This document shows, one piece after another, positions 10,466 through 19,381 of a DNA stretch of 64,000 bases. The first letter of the stretch is position 1. The number at the start of each line of letters is the position of its first letter. A program made the position numbers and the translations under genes. The DNA is from an uncultured Candidatus Saccharibacteria bacterium (GTDB lineage: Bacteria > Patescibacteriota > Minisyncoccia > Phycocordibacterales > PALSA-1337): positions 3,109 through 67,108 of the forward strand of contig CAYMGJ010000002.1 in NCBI GenBank assembly GCA_964389975.1. The letters run 5' to 3'. Under the pieces are notes generated by a model. It ran no database searches and was not told the DNA's origin. It worked only from the letters and a program-made list of their open reading frames with translations.

Positions 10466-11350
10466 ATGAATACCAAAGACGATATACAGAAGAAAATAGC
10501 TGATATTGAACAGGCTATGAACGCGCCTGATTTCTGGAACAATCCACCTCAGGCACAAGCACGTATTCGTGAACTTGCTGAACTTAAAAATTCTCTCATG
10601 GGTGTTGGAAAGTACGATGCTGGTCATGCCATTATGACCATTTTCTCAGGTGCAGGAGGTGATGACGCAGAAGACTTTTCTGCTATTCTGTATCGCATGT
10701 ACAAGAAGTTTTTTGAAAACAAAGGATGGAGTGTTGATATTCTTCATGTTCACGAAAACGACCATGGTGGTTTTCGGAACATAACGGTGGAGGTGAGGGG
10801 AAAGATGGTGTATGGAACACTCAAGAATGAAAGTGGTGTTCATCGTCTCGTTCGCATCTCTCCGTTTAATGCCAAGCAATTACGTCACACTTCCTTTTCT
10901 ATGGTGGAAGTCATTCCACAGTTTGAAAAGATACATGCTGGAGATGTGGAGCTTAAGGAAGGTGATCTTGAAATATCTATAGCTAAGTCAGGTGGACCAG
11001 GAGGTCAGAACGTTAACAAGCGAGAAACTGCTGTACGTATTGTTCACAAACCTACAGGACTATCTGTGCATGTAACTTCAGAACGATCGCAGGCTCAGAA
11101 CAAAGAAAAAGCACTCGATATCCTTCGAGGAAAGTTGTTTAAGAAAATGGATGAAGAACGTAGTGCACATGAGAAGGGTATGTATATTAGCAAGACTACT
11201 TCAATTGAGTGGGGTAATCAGATACGTTCATATGTACTTCATCCATACAAGATGGTAAAGGATCATCGTACCAATGTTGAGACCTCTCAGGTCGAGAAGG
11301 TTCTTGAGGGTGATCTCGATGATTTCATAGAAGCAGAGCGGGGGCTATAG
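10466..11350 (+). CDS. prfB: Peptide chain release factor 2 (short form, no programmed frameshift)
   Basis: 294 aa; GGQ motif ([20 protein letters not shown]); RF2-type SPF-region context; conserved C-terminal IRSYVLHPY; no CUU-UGA-C frameshift site or upstream short ORF. Confidence 0.9.
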   Translation: MNTKDDIQKKIADIEQAMNAPDFWNNPPQAQARIRELAELKNSLMGVGKYDAGHAIMTIFSGAGGDDAEDFSAILYRMYKKFFENKGWSVDILHVHENDHGGFRNITVEVRGKMVYGTLKNESGVHRLVRISPFNAKQLRHTSFSMVEVIPQFEKIHAGDVELKEGDLEISIAKSGGPGGQNVNKRETAVRIVHKPTGLSVHVTSERSQAQNKEKALDILRGKLFKKMDEERSAHEKGMYISKTTSIEWGNQIRSYVLHPYKMVKDHRTNVETSQVEKVLEGDLDDFIEAERGL

Positions 11351-11385
11351 CCTGAAGATTTTTTCATGTGCTATAATTACTCAAT

Positions 11386-12066
11386 ATGATTTATTTCGAC
11401 AAGGTATCGAAGATATACCCTGATGAATCTGTCGCTCTCGATGGGGTAAGTTTTGGCATTGAACCTAATGAGTTCATTACTGTCGTGGGTCATTCAGGTG
11501 CAGGTAAAACAACTCTCATCAAGATGCTCATTGCAGAAGATCGCCCTACTGCAGGAACTGTTTTCTTTGAATCATCAAATATTCATCGTCTCAAGAAGAA
11601 AGATATGAACAAATATCGTAGACGTATCGGTACTGTCTTTCAAGATTTCCGTCTCATTCCCAACAAGACTGCATATGAGAATATTGCTTTTGCAATGGAA
11701 GCCCTCGGACGTACTGATGGTGAGATTGCTTCAGATGTTCCTCATGTTTTAGAACTTGTTGATTTGGGACACAAGATATGGAGTTTTCCTCATGAACTTT
11801 CAGGGGGAGAGAAACAACGTGTTGCAATTGCACGTGCCATCGTTACACAACCAGATATCATCATTGCAGATGAACCAACGGGTAATCTCGATCCTGTAAA
11901 TACCTATGAGATTATAAAAATCCTTCAGAAGATTAATGAACTTGGCACTACTGTCTTTCTCACAACTCATAATAAGGGGGTGGTTGATACTGTAGGTGGT
12001 CGTGTCCTCACCATGGAGAAGGGTAAGATTGTGAGGGATGATAAGCATGGAAAATATAGCCTTTAA
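11386..12066 (+). CDS. ftsE: Cell-division ABC transporter ATP-binding protein FtsE
   Basis: 226 aa; Walker [13 protein letters not shown] signature [14 protein letters not shown], Walker B IIIADEP; followed by ftsX. Confidence 0.85.
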   Translation: MIYFDKVSKIYPDESVALDGVSFGIEPNEFITVVGHSGAGKTTLIKMLIAEDRPTAGTVFFESSNIHRLKKKDMNKYRRRIGTVFQDFRLIPNKTAYENIAFAMEALGRTDGEIASDVPHVLELVDLGHKIWSFPHELSGGEKQRVAIARAIVTQPDIIIADEPTGNLDPVNTYEIIKILQKINELGTTVFLTTHNKGVVDTVGGRVLTMEKGKIVRDDKHGKYSL

Positions 12067-12069
12067 ATT

Positions 12070-13026
12070 ATGATATTTACAACATTCAAAAGAATAACTC
12101 GATCAGGTTTCGTTAATTTTTGGAGAAATGGTTTCCTTTCTTTCTCTGCTGTTGTTGTTCTCACGCTCTCACTCGTTGCATTTGGTGCTCTCATTTTCAG
12201 TTCAGCATTTGGCCGAGCAATTCTTAAGGAGGTAAAGAGTAAGGTTGATATTAATGTATATTTCGTACTTGATGCAGAAGAGACAGATATTGTTGCCTTA
12301 AAAAAGACTATTGAGAATCTTCCTGAGGTGCAAACAGTTGAGTATGTATCACGTGATCAAGCTCTCGCTGATTTTAAGGACAAGTGGAAAGACAATTCCC
12401 TCATTCTTCAAGGTCTCGATGAGATTGGAGACAATCCATTTCCTGCAGTACTTAACGTGAAGGCAAAAGAACCTTCTCAGTATGCTGGTATCGCTCGATT
12501 TCTTGATAGCAAAAATTCTTTTTCAAAAGATGGTGTGAGTATTGTAGAGAAGGTTAATTACAATCAGAACAAACTTATTATAGATCGTCTTGGTCGTATT
12601 ATACCCGCAATTGAAAAGACAGGATCAATTCTCGCTATCATACTTATCATCGTTGCAATCATCATTACATTCAATACTGTTCGTCTCATTATATATACCG
12701 CAAAGGATGAGATATCAGTCATGAGACTTGTGGGAGCTTCAAATATGTATATTCGTGGACCTTTTGTAGTATCAGGAATCATGTACGGTATTATTTCAGG
12801 TATTCTCACACTCGGCGTTCTGGCACTTGTTGCTTTCTACAGTGATGCTCTCTTTATGAAATTTGCTGGAGTACAGGGTGCGCAAGATTTCGATCTCCTT
12901 ATGAATGTGTTCTCATCATATTTCGTAACTAATTTTGGACAAATATTTGCTCTCATTATGGGGTCTGGTGTGATATTAGGAGCCGTATCAAGTTACCTTG
13001 CTGTCAAGAGATACTTACGTATATAA
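12070..13026 (+). CDS. ftsX: Cell-division ABC transporter permease FtsX
   Basis: 318 aa; TM1, large periplasmic domain, three C-terminal TM helices; synteny with ftsE. Confidence 0.8.
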   Translation: MIFTTFKRITRSGFVNFWRNGFLSFSAVVVLTLSLVAFGALIFSSAFGRAILKEVKSKVDINVYFVLDAEETDIVALKKTIENLPEVQTVEYVSRDQALADFKDKWKDNSLILQGLDEIGDNPFPAVLNVKAKEPSQYAGIARFLDSKNSFSKDGVSIVEKVNYNQNKLIIDRLGRIIPAIEKTGSILAIILIIVAIIITFNTVRLIIYTAKDEISVMRLVGASNMYIRGPFVVSGIMYGIISGILTLGVLALVAFYSDALFMKFAGVQGAQDFDLLMNVFSSYFVTNFGQIFALIMGSGVILGAVSSYLAVKRYLRI

Positions 13027-13047
13027 TACAGAACAATATATACCTTT

Positions 13048-14739
13048 ATGAAAAAAGACACTGCACGAAAGACATCACACAGAAAGAAAAAAGAATCACT
13101 TAATCATAAATACATTTTTGTCGTCGGTGGTGTTATGTCAGGTGTTGGTAAGGGTATTGCCACTTCTTCTATCGGTACACTACTTCAAGCTCGTGGATTC
13201 AATGTTAACCTTGCAAAGGTTGATCCATATCTCAATGTTGATGCAGGAACCATGAACCCTACTGAACATGGGGAGGTTTTTGTGCTTAATTCAGGTCTTG
13301 AAACTGATCAGGATATGGGTAACTATGAACGATTTCTCAATCGTGATTTGATGCATGAGGACTATATCACTTCAGGAATGGTGTACAAACATGTGATCGA
13401 CAAAGAAAGAAATCTTGGATATGGAGGTAAGTGTGTAGAGGCTGTTCCTCATATACGTGATGAGATTGTTCGTCGTTATGAACATGCTGCAAAACTCAAT
13501 GATAGCGAAATATCAATTATCGAGATTGGAGGAACTGTAGGTGACTATCAAAACATTATGTTCATTGAAGCCGCTCGCGTACTGAAGATTAAACATCCTG
13601 ATGATGTGATCTTTATTATGGTTAGTTACCTACCTATCCCTTCTAAGATTGGGGAAATGAAATCTCGCCCTACTCAAAACGCTGTTCATCAGCTTGCTGG
13701 ATATGGAGTGCATACTGATATCATCATTGCTCGTTCTGAAGTTCCTGTCGACAAGAAGAGAAAGGAAAAGATTGGTGTTGCATGTAATCTTCCTGAAGAA
13801 AACGTCATATCTGCTCCTGATATTGATAGTGTCTATGATGTTCCTTTGAATTTCGAGAGGGACAAGCTCGGGGATATTCTTGTGAAGGCTCTTAAACTTG
13901 ATACTCGTAAGGGACCAGGGCTTTCTTCATGGAAGAGGTTTGCTGAGGGTATAAAGACAACAACAGAGGAGGTTCACATTGCTATCGTCGGTAAGTATTT
14001 TTCAACAGGAGATTTCGTACTTACTGATGCATACCTTTCGGTGCTTGAGGCAATTAAATATTCAGCACAGGAACATAAGGTGAAACCTGTTATACACACT
14101 ATCAATGCTCGTGATTTTGAGGTTGAAAAGCCACAGTACAAGTCGCTTGATATGTTCCATGGAATTATCGTTCCTGGAGGTTTTGGAGAAACTGGTATAG
14201 AGGGGAAATTAAATGTAATTCGATATGCTCGAGAAAACAAAATTCCATATTTCGGACTCTGCTACGGTATGCAATTAATGTCGATTGAATATGCCCGAAA
14301 CGTTCTTAATCTTAAAGGCGCTCAAACTGCTGAGATCAATCCAAAAGCAGAACATCTCATTATCGACATCATGCCTGATCAGAAGAAGAAGCTTCTTGAA
14401 AAAGACTATGGAGGAAGTATGCGATTAGGAACATATGAAGCACACCTTACCCCTGGAACTATAGCTCATAAGGCATATGGTACGAATGTCATTTATGAAC
14501 GACATCGTCATCGCTTTGAGGTGAATCCTGAATATGTAGAACGTCTCACTCATGCTGGTCTTGTGTTCTCGGGAACTTCTCCTGACAGGAAACTTATGGA
14601 AATCGCTGAGCTTCCTGAGTCAGTGCACCCATTCTTTCTAGGAACACAATTCCATCCTGAATTTCTTGCTCGTCCTCTTGCTCCACATCCTCTCTTTAGT
14701 CGATTTATACAGGTGAGTAAGAAGAGGAAGATAAATTGA
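13048..14739 (+). CDS. pyrG: CTP synthase
   Basis: 563 aa; N-terminal synthetase domain (VVGGVMSGVGKGI) and C-terminal class I glutamine amidotransferase (GLCYGMQ, HPEF). Confidence 0.95.
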   Translation: MKKDTARKTSHRKKKESLNHKYIFVVGGVMSGVGKGIATSSIGTLLQARGFNVNLAKVDPYLNVDAGTMNPTEHGEVFVLNSGLETDQDMGNYERFLNRDLMHEDYITSGMVYKHVIDKERNLGYGGKCVEAVPHIRDEIVRRYEHAAKLNDSEISIIEIGGTVGDYQNIMFIEAARVLKIKHPDDVIFIMVSYLPIPSKIGEMKSRPTQNAVHQLAGYGVHTDIIIARSEVPVDKKRKEKIGVACNLPEENVISAPDIDSVYDVPLNFERDKLGDILVKALKLDTRKGPGLSSWKRFAEGIKTTTEEVHIAIVGKYFSTGDFVLTDAYLSVLEAIKYSAQEHKVKPVIHTINARDFEVEKPQYKSLDMFHGIIVPGGFGETGIEGKLNVIRYARENKIPYFGLCYGMQLMSIEYARNVLNLKGAQTAEINPKAEHLIIDIMPDQKKKLLEKDYGGSMRLGTYEAHLTPGTIAHKAYGTNVIYERHRHRFEVNPEYVERLTHAGLVFSGTSPDRKLMEIAELPESVHPFFLGTQFHPEFLARPLAPHPLFSRFIQVSKKRKIN

Positions 14740-14772
14740 TATTTTGTATACAAGGAGTATAGTTAAGTACGG

Positions 14773-15426
14773 ATGAGGGGATATGGTATCTCTTCAGGAA
14801 AGGTAAATATGGGACAGGATATAACTCTTTTTGTTGAAAAATACGCCGCACTTATTCGTACCGAGGCTCTTAGACATTGTCCTTCAGACATGTATTCCAT
14901 GTGGGGAGATGATCTCTTTTCCGTTGCTCTTGCAAGGGCTGCAAAGCTCCTGCCGTCCTTCGGGGAACTTGAAGACATAGCTCCCCTCGTTCGTATGTGT
15001 GCTCGTCAGGGGGCAATTGATTTTCTAAGGCATATCGATCATATATCTCGTGGACGTCGAAAACTGTTTTTCGAGGGAAAGATGAGAGATCCGTTATGCA
15101 GATCGATATCCTATGACATGGAATCCTCTGAGGGTATGCTTCTTTCTGAAGCTATCGCTGATCCGTCTGTACTTACATCATGGCAGTTACTCTTAAGGAC
15201 GGAATTATCTCAGATACTCAACTCTGTTGTTTCTTGCCTTAATGATCAACAACGACAAATTGTTGCCCTATATCATTTTGAAGAACTCAGCTACAAAGAA
15301 ATTGGAAAGATCTTTCGTTTTTCTGAGTCACGCGTTTGTCAAATCCATGGTAAGTCTATGGCGCGACTTCGCCGGGAAATCTCTAGGAAATTCGAGCTGG
15401 GGTTTTGTGATCTACTACCTACGTAA
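14773..15426 (+). CDS. Sigma-70 family alternative sigma factor (FliA/sigma-28-like regions 2 and 4)
   Basis: 217 aa; region 4.2 HTH LSYKEIGKIFRFSESRVCQIHGKSMARLRR; region 2-like DDLFSVALARAAKL...; start may be the internal ATG at 14809; visibly GC-richer than neighbours. Confidence 0.7.
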   Translation: MRGYGISSGKVNMGQDITLFVEKYAALIRTEALRHCPSDMYSMWGDDLFSVALARAAKLLPSFGELEDIAPLVRMCARQGAIDFLRHIDHISRGRRKLFFEGKMRDPLCRSISYDMESSEGMLLSEAIADPSVLTSWQLLLRTELSQILNSVVSCLNDQQRQIVALYHFEELSYKEIGKIFRFSESRVCQIHGKSMARLRREISRKFELGFCDLLPT

Positions 15427-15520
15427 TGTGGCTATAGTATTTCACAAGGCTCCGGCCTTTTTGTTACAAAGGTGAACTTACTTGAATATTCTCTAATTTT
15501 AGGGTATTTTGTAATGACAT

Positions 15521-15594
15521 TGCCGGATCGTCTAAAGGTAGGACGTCGCTCTCTGAAAGCGAAAATTTTGGTTCGATTCCAAGTCCGGCAGCCA
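15521..15594 (+). tRNA. tRNA-Gln (anticodon CUG), CCA encoded
   Basis: Acceptor TGCCGGA/TCCGGCA with U1:A72 and G73 discriminator (both typical of tRNA-Gln), anticodon stem TCGCT/AGCGA loop CTCTGAA, T-arm TTTGG-TTCGATT-CCAAG, 3' GCCA. Confidence 0.85.
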
Positions 15595-15635
15595 GTTTGA
15601 GACACGTTCGGACTCCGAGGAGCCTGTAAAATGCA

Positions 15636-16853
15636 ATGGCTAACAAAAAATCTAAAAAACAAAAAAGGAAGAAAACTCTACCTGTGGGATGGAAAAAAGA
15701 TGGGAAGAATTACCTCTATTATTTCAAGCCTAAAATCGCAAATACATATAAGATCAAAAAAATAGATTTTATAGGATTTGAAGTACCTCCAAAGGGCTTG
15801 AATTTATATGGGACGGGAGGTGGCTTTAATATGCGTCAAGCTAATAAGGTGGGAGGGAGTCATTTTTTGGCGTCCATAGAGAACAAATATAAAAAACAGA
15901 TTCATCTGACGATATTCAGCAACGGAAACGGTTCTAGGTCATTCAAGATCTTAAATAAGAACATTTCAATATCTCTTTCCTTTGAAAACTTTTCTGAAGT
16001 TATAAAGGATCTGGGTTATGAGATTAAGGCCAATCGAGACAAGGTTGTTATTAAGAGGTTGGCAAATTTTTTCCCAAAGGAGCTCTCTGCAGATCAAACG
16101 AGCGATTCTGCCGGAGCTAAGCTTGGAGATATTAACTTGAATGCTTTGGATGAAATAGGGCACGAGGCAGTTGCTGATTTTATAAAAAAGTATATTTCCT
16201 TGAATGCTGAAAATAATGAGGTATTAGAAAAGCTGCAAACAAATCTTGTTCTTCAGGGACAGAAGAAGACTCTTGATCAGGTCATAGCTAAGTTCGAATC
16301 TCGTTTGAAGGACGATGATTTGGATGAAAAGGACTGGCAAAAGTTTTTGCACGAGGAAGTGTTTTTCTTTCTTTCTAATTATGTTGAATCTATCAGGGAG
16401 ACAAATGTGAGTTTTGGTATGGCTGATGAAAGAGAAAGAAAGCCAGATTTCGTTTGGATCGATCTTTACGGATTTCTTGATGTGTTTGAGATAAAAACGC
16501 CGCAAACTGAGATTCTGGCAAAGAAAATTGATGACAGTCACGATAACTATTATTTTTCTCGATACGCTTCAATGGCAATCTCTCAGATCGAGAAATATAT
16601 GCTCTATTTGGAAAGAAATATTGATAATTATCAAAAATATCTTTCCCGTCAAACAAAGATTCCATTCTCGGTACTAAAGCCAAAAGCTTTCTTAATTATT
16701 GGCAACACGAAAGAATTTGAGACAAATGAAAAGAAGAAAAGAGATTTCAGAGTATTAAGGAGACTCTTCAAGAATATTGAGTTTATTACTTTTGATGAGC
16801 TTTTAGATAACCTTAAGAACTTGGCAAGCAAATTTGAAAAAGAAAAAAAATGA
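15636..16853 (+). CDS. Shedu-like anti-phage nuclease candidate (C-terminal DUF4263 PD-(D/E)xK domain; Lys-rich N-terminus and variable N-domain)
   Basis: 405 aa; C-terminal region matches DUF4263 landmarks: KDWQKFLHEEVF, PDFVWIDLYGFLDVFEIKTP (D...D-x-x-E-x-K), QIEKYMLYL (QxxxY), FLIIGNTKEF, EFITFDELLDNL; immediately 3' of tRNA-Gln. Confidence 0.6.
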   Translation: MANKKSKKQKRKKTLPVGWKKDGKNYLYYFKPKIANTYKIKKIDFIGFEVPPKGLNLYGTGGGFNMRQANKVGGSHFLASIENKYKKQIHLTIFSNGNGSRSFKILNKNISISLSFENFSEVIKDLGYEIKANRDKVVIKRLANFFPKELSADQTSDSAGAKLGDINLNALDEIGHEAVADFIKKYISLNAENNEVLEKLQTNLVLQGQKKTLDQVIAKFESRLKDDDLDEKDWQKFLHEEVFFFLSNYVESIRETNVSFGMADERERKPDFVWIDLYGFLDVFEIKTPQTEILAKKIDDSHDNYYFSRYASMAISQIEKYMLYLERNIDNYQKYLSRQTKIPFSVLKPKAFLIIGNTKEFETNEKKKRDFRVLRRLFKNIEFITFDELLDNLKNLASKFEKEKK

Positions 16854-17425
16854 AAAAAAGTGATGTGCTACAACTAATTAAAAATGATCCATGGATGATG
16901 AATATCATCCATATCGCCGAAAAGCTCAACCTTCCAGACTGGGTAATCGGAGCTGGTTTTGTCAGGAATAAGGTATGGGATCATTTGCATGGATATTCAA
17001 ATAAGGAAGTGGATACCCGGGACATCGACTTGGTGTATTTCGATCCAAATGGAAATGACCAGAAAGCAGATGAAGAACTATCATTGAAGCTTACCAAAGA
17101 AACCGGAATAAGCTTTGAGATAGTAAATCAGTTCTATGCCCATAAATGGAACGGCATACCCCCATACACTTCTACAGAGGATGCTATAGCTACATGGCCA
17201 GAAACGGCAACGGCTGTAGGAGTGACCTTGAAGGATGGTGAGCTTTGGCTAATTGCTCCATACACCATTGATGATATGGTTAATGTGATAGCTCGTCCAA
17301 GCCCTAGATTCAAAGGAAATCTTGAGGTGGTTAAGAAAAGAGCAGAAAGCAAGAAGTGGACGGAGAAATATCCAAAACTCAAGTTTGAGGATGTTTGGCC
17401 ATCGTTCCGAGAAGGGTCAAAATGA
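16850..17425 (+). CDS. Minimal nucleotidyltransferase-fold protein (pol-beta superfamily)
   Basis: 191 aa; hGxG...DxD signature IGAGFVRNKVWDHLHG...DIDLVYFD; ATGA start/stop overlap with the upstream Shedu-like gene (translational coupling). Confidence 0.55.
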   Translation: MKKSDVLQLIKNDPWMMNIIHIAEKLNLPDWVIGAGFVRNKVWDHLHGYSNKEVDTRDIDLVYFDPNGNDQKADEELSLKLTKETGISFEIVNQFYAHKWNGIPPYTSTEDAIATWPETATAVGVTLKDGELWLIAPYTIDDMVNVIARPSPRFKGNLEVVKKRAESKKWTEKYPKLKFEDVWPSFREGSK

Positions 17426-17776
17426 CATACTTAGATACTCCTGAAAACCCTTGTGATGCTCGTGGTCTGCTTTTGTATGCTCGTCCAATTCCAAACTCAA
17501 GCGGTACCGTTTGTCCTTCATCTCTTGCAACTTTTTGTCATACTCAACACGTGCAATACTCTGGTCAATCAGTAAGTCCATCAATCGGTTTATACGAAAC
17601 TGTAGGGCATTGTATTCGCTCTGTACACGTCCAACCTGTGCGTGATGGTATTCCACTTCGTTCTCGTTTGTCTTTCGTAGCTCGGTTACAAGATGTTCAA
17701 TAACGACATCGGGTATGTCGCTGAACTTTTGGAATGCTTGGGAGCTTCGTTGTTGTGTATGAAAGTCATCTTTCAT
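17417..17776 (-). CDS. Hypothetical coiled-coil protein (possibly a gene fragment)
   Basis: 119 aa, charged/helical, no recognisable motif; opposite strand, wedged between the island genes and a pseudogene. Confidence 0.3.
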   Translation of the reverse strand: MKDDFHTQQRSSQAFQKFSDIPDVVIEHLVTELRKTNENEVEYHHAQVGRVQSEYNALQFRINRLMDLLIDQSIARVEYDKKLQEMKDKRYRLSLELDEHTKADHEHHKGFQEYLSMSF

Positions 17777-17828
17777 ACGCTTTACTTTAGTTTACAGATG
17801 GTAGGAAAGCAATCTATAATGAAGTCTC

Positions 17829-18140
17829 TATGGAAGAGATTAAAAAAGATGAAGCGTTAGCAAAACTATCCAAGCAAAACGTGTATACAGGATTTAAGGT
17901 CTTGTTTAGTTATTTGGGTCTTTATAAGCGACAGATAATAGCGAGTCGTTTGAGGAACTTATGAAGAATAGAACGACCTTCATTATTGCTCACAGGCTTT
18001 CGACGGTCAGAAAAGCTGATAGTATCCTTGTTTTCAAGGAAGGTTCGATGATTGAAAAAGGGACGCATTCAGAATTGTTAAAAATTGAAGGAGGTGAATA
18101 TCGACGCCTATACGAGTTACAAATAGGACTTACAGAGTAA
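17829..18140 (+). pseudogene. Decayed C-terminal fragment of an ABC exporter ATP-binding domain (MsbA-like)
   Basis: Two frames read ...YKRQIIASRLRNL* (ABC signature/Q-R-Q-R-I-A-I-A-R-A-like remnant) then, frameshifted with Walker B deleted, MKNRTTFIIAHRLSTVRKADSILVFKEGSMIEKGTHSELLKIEGGEYRRLYELQ (H-loop and C-terminal tail); no TMD or Walker A upstream. Confidence 0.6.
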
Positions 18141-18384
18141 GCTGGTTAAGCGGCTTTATGCGGAGATAAGCGTAGGAAAAATGCTCGTAATCGTCATTTC
18201 CTTGCTGATTTGAGCCCAATTGATAGTTCTGAACGTGTCCACGAACCGCAATCAACTTCAGATAGGTTCTGAGTCCAAACATGTGCTAGGCAAGATTTTT
18301 GAATCTGTCTTAATTAGATCGGGGGACACCATCTTTGTGACATAGCTATATTCTTCGGTGTATATAATTTGATATAATTTATGC

Positions 18385-19029
18385 ATGAAGATTTTGTATG
18401 AAGTCAAACGAATCGAAGTCAAACGTACGTTTGTTATAGCAGATCATGTTGCTCATATGCATAACGGTAAGAAGTTAGGTAATAATCGTACTTTCTTAAA
18501 GAATATTTCTGAACAAGAATTTGAAAAAAAGTTAAGAGATATAAAATCAAAAATTTTGAAACTCAAAGAAAAAGATATAGACAAGTTGGTATCTCCTGAA
18601 TATGCCAAAAGAATTGAGGCATATAATAAGAGTAAGTGGTTTTTGGTAGAAATAAGTCCAAAGGAGCTTGGGGTGTGGAAACGAGCTGGTGGATTACCCC
18701 TGAGATGGACTAATCAGAGTTTGGTTGAAACGGCTGAAAAGGTAAGAAGAGGTTTTCTTCGAAATTCAAAATCTCTTAAAAGAAGGCCTAAACATACCAT
18801 TCCAAATATCTTAAATATAAAAGATCATATGCAACAAAGAGAGAAGTATCTGTATCCGATAGTATTTAAAAATGACACAGGAACACGAGGTAGAAAAAGA
18901 TTAAAAAGAAAGATGGTGGGTGATATTGATGATGGAAATATGAGATCTATTGCCTTGGCGATGAGTGGAAAGAATACACTCATTGTCTATTTCGGAGTTC
19001 CAACACATTCCCATGAACCACAAACCTAA
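18385..19029 (+). CDS. Hypothetical basic protein
   Basis: 214 aa, Lys/Arg-rich, no motif recognised. Confidence 0.45.
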   Translation: MKILYEVKRIEVKRTFVIADHVAHMHNGKKLGNNRTFLKNISEQEFEKKLRDIKSKILKLKEKDIDKLVSPEYAKRIEAYNKSKWFLVEISPKELGVWKRAGGLPLRWTNQSLVETAEKVRRGFLRNSKSLKRRPKHTIPNILNIKDHMQQREKYLYPIVFKNDTGTRGRKRLKRKMVGDIDDGNMRSIALAMSGKNTLIVYFGVPTHSHEPQT

Positions 19030-19201
19030 AAAGACCCCACTTATCATCTTGGGTATAACATCACTCGTTCTTTCTCGAGTAGCTTTTACTTTGATCAATG
19101 ATCCTGAAGGTCCAAATCTTCTCATTGTCGTAGTGCTTGCATTCATCATATTCATACCTCTTTATATAGTGTATTCTTTTGTGTCATCTCGATATAGGTG
19201 A
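19013..19201 (+). CDS. Small two-TM membrane peptide (hypothetical)
   Basis: About 62 aa from internal Met (MNHKPKKTPLIILGITSLVLSRVAF...FIIFIPLYIVYSF); overlaps the 3' end of the previous ORF in another frame. Confidence 0.3.
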   Translation: MNHKPKKTPLIILGITSLVLSRVAFTLINDPEGPNLLIVVVLAFIIFIPLYIVYSFVSSRYR

Positions 19202-19381
19202 TATGACTGCCTTACGAAAAACATGGAAAAGTTATGAATGTGTTGCGTCATATTTTAACTCTCTTCTCATTAGGTGCTTACAATATAGCGACGACACTTC
19301 ATTCAAGTGTTATGATTATAACTAATACCATTATGGTAGTGTTTATTGTGAGAAAGAAGGGGAGATGATATTATCCACATT

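Noticed and set aside
10380-10470. Programmed +1 frameshift site for prfB
   Set aside because: No CUU-UGA-C motif and no room for a 25-codon upstream ORF between the terminator and the ATG. The gene appears to be a single frame.
15432-15662. Minus-strand ORFs 15432-15662 and 15464-15646
   Set aside because: They overlap the tRNA-Gln gene and its flanks; spurious.
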